From an uncultured Clostridia bacterium (GTDB lineage Bacteria; Bacillota; Clostridia; Christensenellales; Borkfalkiaceae), in the NCBI GenBank assembly GCA_937892545.1, contig CALAFO010000047.1:1142-65141 (forward strand): a stretch of DNA of 64,000 bases, read 5' to 3'. The notes below the pieces were generated by a model, which saw only the letters and a list, made by a program, of their open reading frames with translations, had not been told where the DNA came from and ran no database searches. The position numbers were made by a program, and so were the translations under genes. Below, in pieces: positions 48,111 through 56,905 of this stretch. The first letter of the stretch is position 1, and every line of letters begins with the position of its first letter.

Positions 48111-49223
48111 ATGGACTTTTTAATCGAAACGCTCAGGCAGGTAACGCTGCCGCAGGTGGCGATGTGGATAATCGGCGGCGTGCTGATTTTCCTCGCCATC
48201 AAAAAAGACATCGAGCCCGCGCTCCTTCTGCCCATGGGCTTCGGCGCAATCCTCGTGAATATCCCGAACTCCTCGGTCATCGCCGAAGACGGCATCATCG
48301 CCTCTTTATTCAGAGTGGGCATTCAGGCAAGCGAAGCGATGCCGCTGCTCCTCTTTATCGGCATCGGCGCCATGATCGATTTCGGACCGCTGCTTTCCAA
48401 CCCGAAGCTCTTTATTTTAGGCGGCGCGGCGCAATTCGGCATCTTCGTTACGCTGATTCTCGCCGCTTTAATCGGCTTCCCGTTAAACGACGCGGCTTCC
48501 ATCGCCATCATCGGCGCGGCGGACGGTCCCACGTCCATTCTCGTCGCGCTGAAGCTCGCTTCGAAATACGTAGGACCCATTATGGTGGTAGCGTATTCGT
48601 ATATGGCGCTCGTGCCCATCGTTCAACCCGCCGTGGTAAAAATGTGCACCACCAAAAAAGAACGCCGCATTAAAATGAAATATCACGCCTCGCAGGTAAG
48701 CAAGCTCACCAAAATTCTTTTCCCCGTGCTTGTTACCATTATTTCCGGCTTGATCGCCCCCGCGTCTCTTTCGCTTGTCGGCATGCTGATGTTCGGCAAC
48801 TTAATCCGCGAATGCGGCGCGCTCAACACTCTTTCCGATACCGCGCAGAACACGCTTTCCAACTTAATCACGCTGCTTCTCGGCATCACCATCGCTTTCC
48901 AGATGCAGGCGGCGCAGTTTATCACGTGGGAAACCTTAATGATTATGGCGCTCGGTTTGTTCGCGTTTGTTTTCGATACCGTCGGCGGCGTAATGTGTGC
49001 CAAAATCATGAACCTTTTCTGCAAGGAAAAAATCAACCCGATGATCGGCGCCGCGGGCATTTCCGCATTCCCCATGGCGGCGCGCGTGGTGGAAAAAATG
49101 GGCATTAAAGAAGATTCCACCAACCACCTCTTAATGCACGCCGTCGGCGCAAACGTTTCCGGGCAGATCGCCTCGGCTATCGTTGGCGGACTGATCATCA
49201 ATCTTGTGCTGCCCCTGCTGTAA
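48111..49223 (+). CDS. sodium-ion-translocating decarboxylase beta subunit (OadB/GcdB/MmdB family)
   Basis: Start at MDFLIETL (RBS ACGGAGG). Polytopic, with the family-typical blocks LLLPMGFGAILVNIP and IIGAADGPTS. Confidence 0.85.
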   Translation: MDFLIETLRQVTLPQVAMWIIGGVLIFLAIKKDIEPALLLPMGFGAILVNIPNSSVIAEDGIIASLFRVGIQASEAMPLLLFIGIGAMIDFGPLLSNPKLFILGGAAQFGIFVTLILAALIGFPLNDAASIAIIGAADGPTSILVALKLASKYVGPIMVVAYSYMALVPIVQPAVVKMCTTKKERRIKMKYHASQVSKLTKILFPVLVTIISGLIAPASLSLVGMLMFGNLIRECGALNTLSDTAQNTLSNLITLLLGITIAFQMQAAQFITWETLMIMALGLFAFVFDTVGGVMCAKIMNLFCKEKINPMIGAAGISAFPMAARVVEKMGIKEDSTNHLLMHAVGANVSGQIASAIVGGLIINLVLPLL

Positions 49224-49247
49224 GGCGATAAAAAGGAGAAACTGATT

Positions 49248-49490
49248 ATGAATATTTTTTCGCTTCTCGCAAGCGGTTTAACCCCTATGAATCCCGATAC
49301 CCTGAAAGCCTCGTTGAAAATCATGTGGCAGGGCTTGCTGGCAATTTTTATCGTTATCGGCTTGATTATCCTCGCCGTGCAGCTCACGAAATTCTGCGTA
49401 AATAAAGCCGAAAGCGCCAAAAAAGCGCGCGAAGCCAAAAAAGCGGCAAGCGATGCTTCCGCCCCGCATAGCGACGGAGAAGCAAGATGA
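49248..49490 (+). CDS. OadG-like small membrane protein
   Basis: 80 aa, a single TM (GLLAIFIVIGLIILAVQL) followed by a Lys/Ala-rich tail, as in decarboxylase gamma/OadG-family subunits. RBS AAAAGGAGAA. Confidence 0.5.
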   Translation: MNIFSLLASGLTPMNPDTLKASLKIMWQGLLAIFIVIGLIILAVQLTKFCVNKAESAKKAREAKKAASDASAPHSDGEAR

Positions 49491-50656
49491 TTTCCGCGCT
49501 TCTGCGCCTGTTCGGCTGCGTGCGGGGAAAAGGCGAATACGAAAAAATCAACCGCGAAAAATGCGCTTCTTTCGCCACAGGTACGGGTATTTTCATCAAC
49601 GTGCTGCTGTTTGCCGCCAAATTAACGGCGGGCATTCTGGCAGCCTCCGTCGCCGTCGTTTCCGACGCTTTCAACAACGCTTCCGATGCGGTTTCGTCGC
49701 TCGTGGCGCTCGTCGGCTTTAAAATGGCGGCGAAAGCGGGCGATAAAGAACACCCGCTCGGACACGGGCGCATGGAATACGTGGCGGGGCTGATTGTGGA
49801 TATGCTGGTCATCCTCGTGGGCGCGGAGCTGTTAAAATCCTCCGTAACAAGCATAATTCACCCCGAACTCCCCTCGATTTCCGCGCTGACGGTGGCTTTT
49901 TTGTGCTTTTCGCTGCTTGCGAAATCGTGGCTGTACGTATTCTATAAGAAGGTCGGCAAAAAAATCAATTCCGTCGCCCTGAAAGGCGCGGCAACCGACA
50001 GCATTTCGGACGTCGTGGCAACGTTCGTCGTACTTCTCTCCGCCCTCTGCGGCAAATACTTCGGCTGGAAAATCGACGGCGTTGCGGGGCTTCTGGTGGC
50101 GGCGTTTATCCTTTTTTCGGGCGTCAAAGCCACCAAGGAAACGGTGGATTTGCTGGTGGGCGCGCCCCCTTCGAAAGAATTTGTACAAAACATCTATCAG
50201 TTCGTCGGAAATTACCCCGAAATACTGGGCATTCACGACGTCATCGTGCACGATTACGGCCCCGGCAAACTGGTGGTTTCTTTCCATGCGGAAGTCCCGG
50301 CGGACGACGACATCAATCTCGCGCACGAGGTAATCGACCGTCTCGAAGAAGATATCCACGAAAAATTCGGCTGCCTCGTAACCGTACATATGGATCCCAT
50401 CGTCATTCACGACGAGATCGTCAACGACATGCGCGATTTCGTCCGCAACGTGGTTGCGCAGACGGACGAAACGTTCACGATGCACGATTTCCGGATGACG
50501 TACGGCAAAGATCGGAAAAACCTGATTTTCGATTTATCGGTACCGATTGAAAGCAAATGGGTGCTTGCGGACGCGGAACGCGCCGTCGCCGCAAAAATCC
50601 ACGAACTTCGTCCCGATTGCTACGCCGTTATCCGCGCCGAGCATCCTTTGGTATAA
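49487..50656 (+). CDS. cation diffusion facilitator (CDF) family transporter
   Basis: ATGA overlap with the preceding ORF. SDAFNNASDAVSS, EHPLGHGRMEY and a C-terminal cytoplasmic domain with HVHMDP-like block (TVHMDP). Confidence 0.85.
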   Translation: MISALLRLFGCVRGKGEYEKINREKCASFATGTGIFINVLLFAAKLTAGILAASVAVVSDAFNNASDAVSSLVALVGFKMAAKAGDKEHPLGHGRMEYVAGLIVDMLVILVGAELLKSSVTSIIHPELPSISALTVAFLCFSLLAKSWLYVFYKKVGKKINSVALKGAATDSISDVVATFVVLLSALCGKYFGWKIDGVAGLLVAAFILFSGVKATKETVDLLVGAPPSKEFVQNIYQFVGNYPEILGIHDVIVHDYGPGKLVVSFHAEVPADDDINLAHEVIDRLEEDIHEKFGCLVTVHMDPIVIHDEIVNDMRDFVRNVVAQTDETFTMHDFRMTYGKDRKNLIFDLSVPIESKWVLADAERAVAAKIHELRPDCYAVIRAEHPLV

Positions 50657-50677
50657 CCTTTAAAAACCAAACAATTT

Positions 50678-50712
50678 CAGCGACTTTTCATCATGAAAAG
50701 TCGCTGTTTTTT
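50678..50712. terminator. bidirectional intrinsic terminator
   Basis: cagcgacttttcat-c-atgaaaagtcgctg followed by T6. Confidence 0.7.
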
Positions 50713-51274
50713 ATGCTATCAATGATTCCGTACTCTTTACCGCCACCGCAGATTTCGCTGCTGCTTGTATCAATTTCCCTGCAGTCAAAAGCGTAGTGCC
50801 CTGTTTGCGTAACGCAACGGGAATTTTTTCTTCTTTTCCCCCGCTCCCGACTTTCAGCCAGACATCAAAGACTTTATTTTTCTTTGTTTTAATTATTGAT
50901 AATTCAACGCCGCCGGCACGGCTTAAAATCGCGTCAAATTTTTCTCTTTTCGTGTCGATTTTATCCTCGGCTGTCCCTATCCTGCACACTATTTTCGTCT
51001 CTGCTTGTTCTTGAATATCACATATCCCGTATCTCTGCATACGCCACGGCAATCGCCCTTTATAGTAAAAGCCCAATTTCTTGGGCATAATAAAAAGCTG
51101 TAAATCAAAAAACTCCAAATCAGCATTTTTCCGTCCGAATAAATTTAAAAATAAACTCGTTCGTCTTTTTTTAATTATAAAAAACAATACTCCGCCGGCT
51201 AAAACCGGTAAACTAATCATACAAAAGATACATTTTCCCATTTTACGCCGATAAAATCGCCCCTCATCTATCAT
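50711..51274 (-). CDS. hypothetical membrane protein (AT-rich islet)
   Basis: 187-aa ORF (an alternative Met at 51241 gives MGKCIFCMISLPVLAGGVLFFII...). One TM helix. No motif recognised. Confidence 0.45.
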   Translation of the reverse strand: MIDEGRFYRRKMGKCIFCMISLPVLAGGVLFFIIKKRRTSLFLNLFGRKNADLEFFDLQLFIMPKKLGFYYKGRLPWRMQRYGICDIQEQAETKIVCRIGTAEDKIDTKREKFDAILSRAGGVELSIIKTKKNKVFDVWLKVGSGGKEEKIPVALRKQGTTLLTAGKLIQAAAKSAVAVKSTESLIA

Positions 51275-51376
51275 TTTACGCTCTTATTATATGGCATTTT
51301 TTGCTATACGTCAAGCAAAATATAGCAATTTTTTGTATATTTTTTATACAAATAAAAAATAATAAGAGTATCCTTC

Positions 51377-51592
51377 ATGAAAAACGAAATCGCAAAGAAA
51401 ATCGGCGCAAACTTGCGGGAAGCGCGCAAAATAAAGGGCATATCGCAGAAAGAACTGGCAGCCGAACTCGGCAAGAAACAACCTGAATACAGCGACTACG
51501 AAACGGGTAAAATTCAGCTTGATTACGAAAAAATTATTTTTCTTTGCAAAAAATTAGATATCACGCCCAACGAATTATTCGATACAGACTGA
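51377..51592 (+). CDS. XRE-family helix-turn-helix regulator
   Basis: IGANLREARKIKGISQKELAAELGKKQPEYSDYETGK is a classic HTH_3 pattern, 71 aa. Confidence 0.75.
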   Translation: MKNEIAKKIGANLREARKIKGISQKELAAELGKKQPEYSDYETGKIQLDYEKIIFLCKKLDITPNELFDTD

Positions 51593-51721
51593 GTCCGAAT
51601 TTCAAAAACGGCAATCTTTTTGCCCCCGGATGCCGCCGCCCGATGCCGCCCGGATAAATCGCAAATACACTGCAAAAAAACGGAGCATTTCGCTCCGTTT
51701 TTTCATTTTAAAAATCATTTT

Positions 51722-52699
51722 TCATAAGCTCGTCAACGCAATCGCGGCAAAGATAAACGCCAGCGCAGCCCATACGTTTCCGGTAATTTTCTGCCTGAAA
51801 ACAATCGAATCGCAAAGCACCGTAAGCAGCATGCTCACGCCCCGCGCCAACGGATAATACACCGCCGAAGGCAACGCCTCCGCCGAAAGCGTGGCAAAAA
51901 ACGAATACACGTAAATCATCACCGCCGCCACCGATACAAACGCCGCAAGTTTTTTCCCCGAAGCCGCGTTTTCGGGCTGCAACCTCTTCCCCGCAAACGC
52001 CTTTCCCGCAAACAGCGCCGCCAGAAAGCACGCGCACACCGTCAGAAACGTCATCAGGTTAAAAAACGGAGCGTACTCCTTTCCCGCGCGCACGGGATAC
52101 AACTTCTGCGTTATGCTCACGCCCGCGTTCGAAAGCACCAACAGCACGATATACGCCGCCGTAATCGCCGCCGCTTTCCTGCGTTCCGCCGCCGTCTTTT
52201 CCGTCTGTGCCGCCGCCCGTTCCGGGATATTTCCGGAAAGTTCTTTCGTTGCTCCGCCTCTCGCCGCCGCGGCGTTTTTTCTTTTCGCAAACAGCAGCGC
52301 CAGCGCCGCCAGAAGGCACGCCGCGCCCGCCCATTGCCGCGCGTTCACCGCTTCGCCTTCGTATAATACGGGCGCAAGAAACAACGGTATCGCCACCGAA
52401 CCGAGCATACAGAACGATTCCACGAATACCAGCCCTATCCGCTCCGAACAAAGCAGCCAGGCAAACATCATCGCCGCGTTCGATACGCCGGAAATCAGCC
52501 ACAGCGCCCACTCTTCCTTTTCCGCGCGCGCCCCCGAAGCAAGAAACACGGCAAGCGCCACCGCGGCGCAAAGCAACGAACGGAAAGCGTTGATCCGCAC
52601 GGAATTGTACGCGCCGGGGCACACTTTTCCGCAGCCTTTCATCGCCGCCATTTTCGTAATGCCCGCAAAGCTTGCAATCAGTAAAAACACATATCCCAT
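51722..52699 (-). CDS. DMT-superfamily (EamA-like) membrane transporter
   Basis: Two ~5-TM halves separated by a charged Ala/Lys/Arg-rich linker. The family call rests on topology only. Confidence 0.45.
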   Translation of the reverse strand: MGYVFLLIASFAGITKMAAMKGCGKVCPGAYNSVRINAFRSLLCAAVALAVFLASGARAEKEEWALWLISGVSNAAMMFAWLLCSERIGLVFVESFCMLGSVAIPLFLAPVLYEGEAVNARQWAGAACLLAALALLFAKRKNAAAARGGATKELSGNIPERAAAQTEKTAAERRKAAAITAAYIVLLVLSNAGVSITQKLYPVRAGKEYAPFFNLMTFLTVCACFLAALFAGKAFAGKRLQPENAASGKKLAAFVSVAAVMIYVYSFFATLSAEALPSAVYYPLARGVSMLLTVLCDSIVFRQKITGNVWAALAFIFAAIALTSL

Positions 52700-52786
52700 A
52701 TAAGATATGATACACCGCGCCGCGGCGGCGCGGCAACGAATTTTCTTTCAAAAATTTGTATTTTTACGGCGAATCCGCCTTTTTCT

Positions 52787-53434
52787 TTACAGTTTAAAGC
52801 ACTTACGTACGTCTTTAAACGCGCCCAGCACAAGAAGATGAATTCCCTCTTCGATCACCGAATTGCAGTTCACCGCCAAAGACATTTTTCCGTCTTTTTT
52901 AATCGCCAGAATATTCACGCCGTACCGTTTTCTGATATCGATGTCCCCCACGGTTTTCCCCGTCCAGGCGGCGGGCGGCGTTACTTCGAAAATTCCCGAT
53001 TCGTCGCCGAGTTCGATATAATCGCTCAGATTATCCGAAGCATAGCGTATCGCCGTCCAGTGCGCAAGCTGCCGTTCCGGGTACACGATGTTATCCGCGC
53101 CGTTCCGCAGCAGAAATTTTCCCTGTACGTCGTTGCACGCTCTGGAAACCACCTTTTTCGCTCCGAAATCTTTCAACAGCGACGTAATCTCAAGCGACGA
53201 CTGAAAATCGTCGCCGATCGCCACGATACAAAGGTCGAAACGCGGCACGTCCAGAGACTTCAGAAATTCGGCGCGCGTGCAATCGCCTATTCTCGCCTCC
53301 GTAACGTACGGCATCGCGTCGTTCACGCGCTCTTCGTTTTCGTCCACGGCAAGCACTTCGTGGTCCAGTTCCCGCAGCTTTTTCACCGCGTTCAGTCCGA
53401 ATCTTCCAAGACCTATCAACAATATATTTTTCAT
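52787..53434 (-). CDS. ktrA: K+ uptake system NAD-binding (RCK) subunit KtrA/TrkA-type
   Basis: MKNILLIGLGRFG Rossmann start; 215 aa RCK_N + RCK_C. Directly downstream of the TrkH/KtrB gene. Confidence 0.85.
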   Translation of the reverse strand: MKNILLIGLGRFGLNAVKKLRELDHEVLAVDENEERVNDAMPYVTEARIGDCTRAEFLKSLDVPRFDLCIVAIGDDFQSSLEITSLLKDFGAKKVVSRACNDVQGKFLLRNGADNIVYPERQLAHWTAIRYASDNLSDYIELGDESGIFEVTPPAAWTGKTVGDIDIRKRYGVNILAIKKDGKMSLAVNCNSVIEEGIHLLVLGAFKDVRKCFKL

Positions 53435-53464
53435 CGGAATACTCCTTTCGCCTTACGCTTTCTT

Positions 53465-54817
53465 TCAGCCCACGGCAATCGTGCCGAGGGGCAATCTTCC
53501 GTCGTCGGAATGTCCGCCGCCCGCCACCGCCGTAAATAACGTCAGCCCGCCGACGCGCCCGAAATACATCAGTATCATCAGAATAGCGGGCGACGCGCCG
53601 AAAAACCCCGCCGTAATCCCCGTCGTCAGCCCCACGGTGGCAATCGCCGAAGCCGTTTCAAACATACACGGCAGCATCGGCAGTTTTTCAATCGTCGCTA
53701 TCGCGATGCTCCCCGCTGCAAACAGGGAAACGTACAAAAACGCAATCGTCGCCGCGTCCTTCACCGTGTCGCTTCCTATTCTTCTGCCGAAGCACCGCAC
53801 TTCTTTCCGTTTCCGCACCGCGGCAACCGCCGCGCAGAACAACACCGTCAGCGTCGTCAGTTTCATGCCGCCCGCCGTCGAACCGGATGCGCCGCCTATC
53901 AGCATCAGCGCGATCGTCGTCATCAGCGAAGCTTCGCTCATCGCCGAATAATCCACCGTGTTGAATCCCGCCGTACGCGGCGTAACCGCCGAAAACAACG
54001 AAGCCAGCACGCGCTCCCCGCCCGAAAGTTCCGCTTTCCACGCCGCCGAGGAAAACTCCGCGAAATAGAAATACACGGCGGGCACAAACACCAGTATCGC
54101 GCCGGATACCAGCACCGCTTTGCTCTGCACCGAATAGCGCTTCAGGCGGAATTTATTTCTGCCGACGTCTCCCCACACCGAAAAGCCTAGCCCGCCGCAA
54201 AGAATCAGCCCGCAAATCGTAAAATTGACGAGCGGCGAACCGACAAACCCCGTCAAAGACGAAAATTGCCCCGTTTCCGCGCCCATCAGGTCGAACCCCG
54301 CGTTGCAATACGCCGATACGGAATGGAAGAACGCATAGCCGATTCCCCTTGCACCGAATCGCGAACAGAACGCGGGCATTAAAAACAGCGCGCCGATCGC
54401 TTCCGCGGCAAGCGAAAACAATAAAATAAACCGCGCGTATCTCCAGGCGTCTCGGCTCTCTTCGGCTGCCACCGATTCCAGCATGGTATTCTGCCCGGAA
54501 AGCCGCAATTTCTTTCCCGCCGCCACGGCAAACGTAACGGCAAGCGTTACCACGCCCACGCCGCCGATTTGTATCAGCGTGATAATCGTCAGTTTCCCGA
54601 ACAGCGAAAAATAAGTAGCGGTATCGCGCACCACCAGCCCCGTAACGCACACGGCGGAAGCGGAAGTAAACAACGCGTCGAGGAAAGGCATGCTTTCCCT
54701 GCTCTGCGCCGCAATCGGCAACGCCAGCAGAACGCCGCCCGCCAGAATCGCCGCGGCATAACCGAGGATGATCGTCTGCGCCGAAGTCAGCCGCAGTTTT
54801 TTCCGAAAAACATTCAT
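53465..54817 (-). CDS. ktrB: K+ transporter membrane subunit (TrkH/KtrB family)
   Basis: 450 aa, polytopic, with repeated selectivity-filter-like segments (CVTGL, NAGFD, RTAGF, TVGLT). Confidence 0.85.
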   Translation of the reverse strand: MNVFRKKLRLTSAQTIILGYAAAILAGGVLLALPIAAQSRESMPFLDALFTSASAVCVTGLVVRDTATYFSLFGKLTIITLIQIGGVGVVTLAVTFAVAAGKKLRLSGQNTMLESVAAEESRDAWRYARFILLFSLAAEAIGALFLMPAFCSRFGARGIGYAFFHSVSAYCNAGFDLMGAETGQFSSLTGFVGSPLVNFTICGLILCGGLGFSVWGDVGRNKFRLKRYSVQSKAVLVSGAILVFVPAVYFYFAEFSSAAWKAELSGGERVLASLFSAVTPRTAGFNTVDYSAMSEASLMTTIALMLIGGASGSTAGGMKLTTLTVLFCAAVAAVRKRKEVRCFGRRIGSDTVKDAATIAFLYVSLFAAGSIAIATIEKLPMLPCMFETASAIATVGLTTGITAGFFGASPAILMILMYFGRVGGLTLFTAVAGGGHSDDGRLPLGTIAVG

Positions 54818-54823
54818 ACCGCT

Positions 54824-54851
54824 ATTATACCACGCGCGCCGAAAAAGTCAA
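54824..54851 (-). promoter_or_regulatory. sigma-A promoter (extended -10) positioned for a leaderless ktrB transcript
   Basis: Minus strand reads TTGACT - 16 nt - (TGg)TATAAT - agcggt - ATG. The -10 ends 6 nt before the start codon and no SD is present. Confidence 0.5.
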
Positions 54852-55009
54852 GCAAGCGCCGCGCCCCCGCGCAACATTCTTTCCGGAAGGTTGTATTTTA
54901 CGCTTTTTTGCCCCGCCCGCGCACGAAAAAAAGCGAAACCCGTCCGGTTCCGCCTTTTCTCCTTTTTCCCGCCCGTTATCTCTTTATTTTCCGCCGTACG
55001 GCTCGTTTT

Positions 55010-55753
55010 TCAACCCGCGTTGCCGGGCAGACCGGCGGCGCCCGCGCCTACGTACCCTTCCCGTCCGTCCGCACGTCTGTTTTCGCCGCGGAACGCGTAC
55101 AGATCGAATTCCGTTTCTATATCGAAATCCTCCGCGTTGTCAAACGCGGCAAGTTTCGAAACGGAAACCTCGTACGCCGTCATCGTTTTCGTTTCCGTCT
55201 CGCTCAGTTTTTTCTGATATTCGCGGCTCTGAATCCGCCCCGAAATCGCCACCTTATCCCCCACGGAAAGGTTTTTCACAAACCGCGCGTTCCTTCCCCA
55301 GGCAATGCACGGAATATAATCGGATTTATTGTACGCGCGGTTCACGGCAATCAGCACGTCGGCAATCTCGCGGTTGAACGGCGTGGTGCGGTACACGGGC
55401 GGTTTGCAGATATACCCGCTAAGCAGAATCCCGTTCGGGTTTTTATTTTCGTCCGCTTCTTCTATTTCCCGCACGAACACCGTCAGCATCAGCCGCGATC
55501 TTCCGTTTTCCAGCTTGTTATAACTGCGGAATTGTCCCGAAGCCGCCACAAACGAACCTTTTTTCAGATCGTGCGCTTCTATCAGCCGCTCGCTCACCGT
55601 AACGGGCAGAATATCCGCCTGTCCCGAAAGTCGCATCACTTTCAGAAAGAATTCGTAAAACCCTTCTCCGTACACCTCGTGCGAGAACGTTTTATCGGAA
55701 ACGATCTCCCCCATCACGTATACCTTGTTGTTTTTCTCCGTCGCGTAATTCAT
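55010..55753 (-). CDS. SSB-like protein with two tandem OB folds
   Basis: Residues ~120-215 (LLSGYICKPPVYRTTPFNREIADVLIAVNRAY...YIPCIAWGRNARFVKNLSVGDKVAISGRIQSREY...) match the canonical SSB OB fold. Residues ~10-105 form a second, more divergent OB-like unit (VYVMGEIV...ILPVTVSERL...KKGSFVAASGQFRSYN...). RBS GGAGG. Confidence 0.65.
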   Translation of the reverse strand: MNYATEKNNKVYVMGEIVSDKTFSHEVYGEGFYEFFLKVMRLSGQADILPVTVSERLIEAHDLKKGSFVAASGQFRSYNKLENGRSRLMLTVFVREIEEADENKNPNGILLSGYICKPPVYRTTPFNREIADVLIAVNRAYNKSDYIPCIAWGRNARFVKNLSVGDKVAISGRIQSREYQKKLSETETKTMTAYEVSVSKLAAFDNAEDFDIETEFDLYAFRGENRRADGREGYVGAGAAGLPGNAG

Positions 55754-55836
55754 TGAATTTTTACCTCCGTTTTTCTTGGTTTTTATCTGTTTTCGCGCGC
55801 CTTATCCGCGTTCGCTTCACCCATACCCCGCGCGTT

Positions 55837-56604
55837 TCAACTCGCGGGCATCTGCCGCCCGTCGCTCCGCATCGAATAGTTTTCACGGTAGATAAGCTCC
55901 CCGATCGGCACGAAACGATAGCCCTTGTTCTTCAGCGCGGATAAAATCACGGGCAGCGCCTCCGCCGTATGCAACCCGTTGTTGTGGCATAAAATAATCG
56001 AACCGCTTTTCACCCCGTTCACCACCCGCAGCGCGATTTCCTGCCCGGAAAGATTCTTCCAGTCCAAAGAGTCCACGTCCCACTGAATCGTATACAGTCC
56101 CGCTTCCTTCGCCGTCTCCACCAGCAAATCGTCGTAATCCCCGAACGGCGGACGAAACAACTCCGTCTTTTTCCCCGTAATCTTTTCAATCGCCTCGCAC
56201 GAAGTATTCAGCTCGCTTACAATCTGTTCCTTCGTCAGCTCGCTCATTTTCGGGTGCGTGCGGCTGTGCGTGCCGATTTCGTGCCCCGCCGCCGCGATTT
56301 TTTTCACGTATTCCGGGTACTTTTCCACCCAGAACTGCACCATGAAAAACGTGCATTTCACGTCCTGTTCGTCCATGATTTTCAACAGCTCGTCGGTGTG
56401 CTCCACGCCCCAGGCGCAATCGAACGAAATCGAAATCGTCTTATCTTCGCGCTCCACCGAATAAATCGGCAACACCCGTTTTTTCGCAAACGCCGCGTAT
56501 GCCGCCGGCGCGAACGCGTTCGCCGCAACCACCGCCACCAGCAGCGCGCACGCCGCCAGAAACAAAACCGCCGCTTTTTTCCTGCCCACGCAGATTATTT
56601 TCAT
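55837..56604 (-). CDS. polysaccharide deacetylase (NodB-domain) family protein
   Basis: N-terminal TM/signal. ISFDCAWG, TFFMV, HEIGTHSRTHP and ILCHN motifs of CE4 deacetylases. Confidence 0.85.
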   Translation of the reverse strand: MKIICVGRKKAAVLFLAACALLVAVVAANAFAPAAYAAFAKKRVLPIYSVEREDKTISISFDCAWGVEHTDELLKIMDEQDVKCTFFMVQFWVEKYPEYVKKIAAAGHEIGTHSRTHPKMSELTKEQIVSELNTSCEAIEKITGKKTELFRPPFGDYDDLLVETAKEAGLYTIQWDVDSLDWKNLSGQEIALRVVNGVKSGSIILCHNNGLHTAEALPVILSALKNKGYRFVPIGELIYRENYSMRSDGRQMPAS

Positions 56605-56905
56605 TTTCCACCGCCGCGTATCTCTATTTTAACTTCTTTCCCCGCGCGAAATTTTCGCTTTTTCAAGGGAATTTGCGCAAGTTTTGTCGAAAACCGTTTT
56701 TCCCCGCCGTCTCCCGCCGCATACTTTCACGGCGCGGCGGCCTCTTTCGCTTTCCCTCTATTCTATTCCCCGCCGCCCCCGGATATTCCCGCCGCGTTTT
56801 TTTCGGACGCCGTTATTTTTCACAATCGTCAGAAACGCCGCGCAAACCGTTGACACGCCCCCGCAAAAGTGATAAAATCAAAGAAAAAGCACGGAGAAAA
56901 AACGT

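Noticed and set aside
54818-55009. c-di-AMP (ydaO-type) riboswitch upstream of ktrB.
   Set aside because: The best promoter abuts the start codon (leaderless geometry). The remaining upstream sequence holds only the terminator of the SSB-like gene, and I saw no ydaO-like conserved strings.
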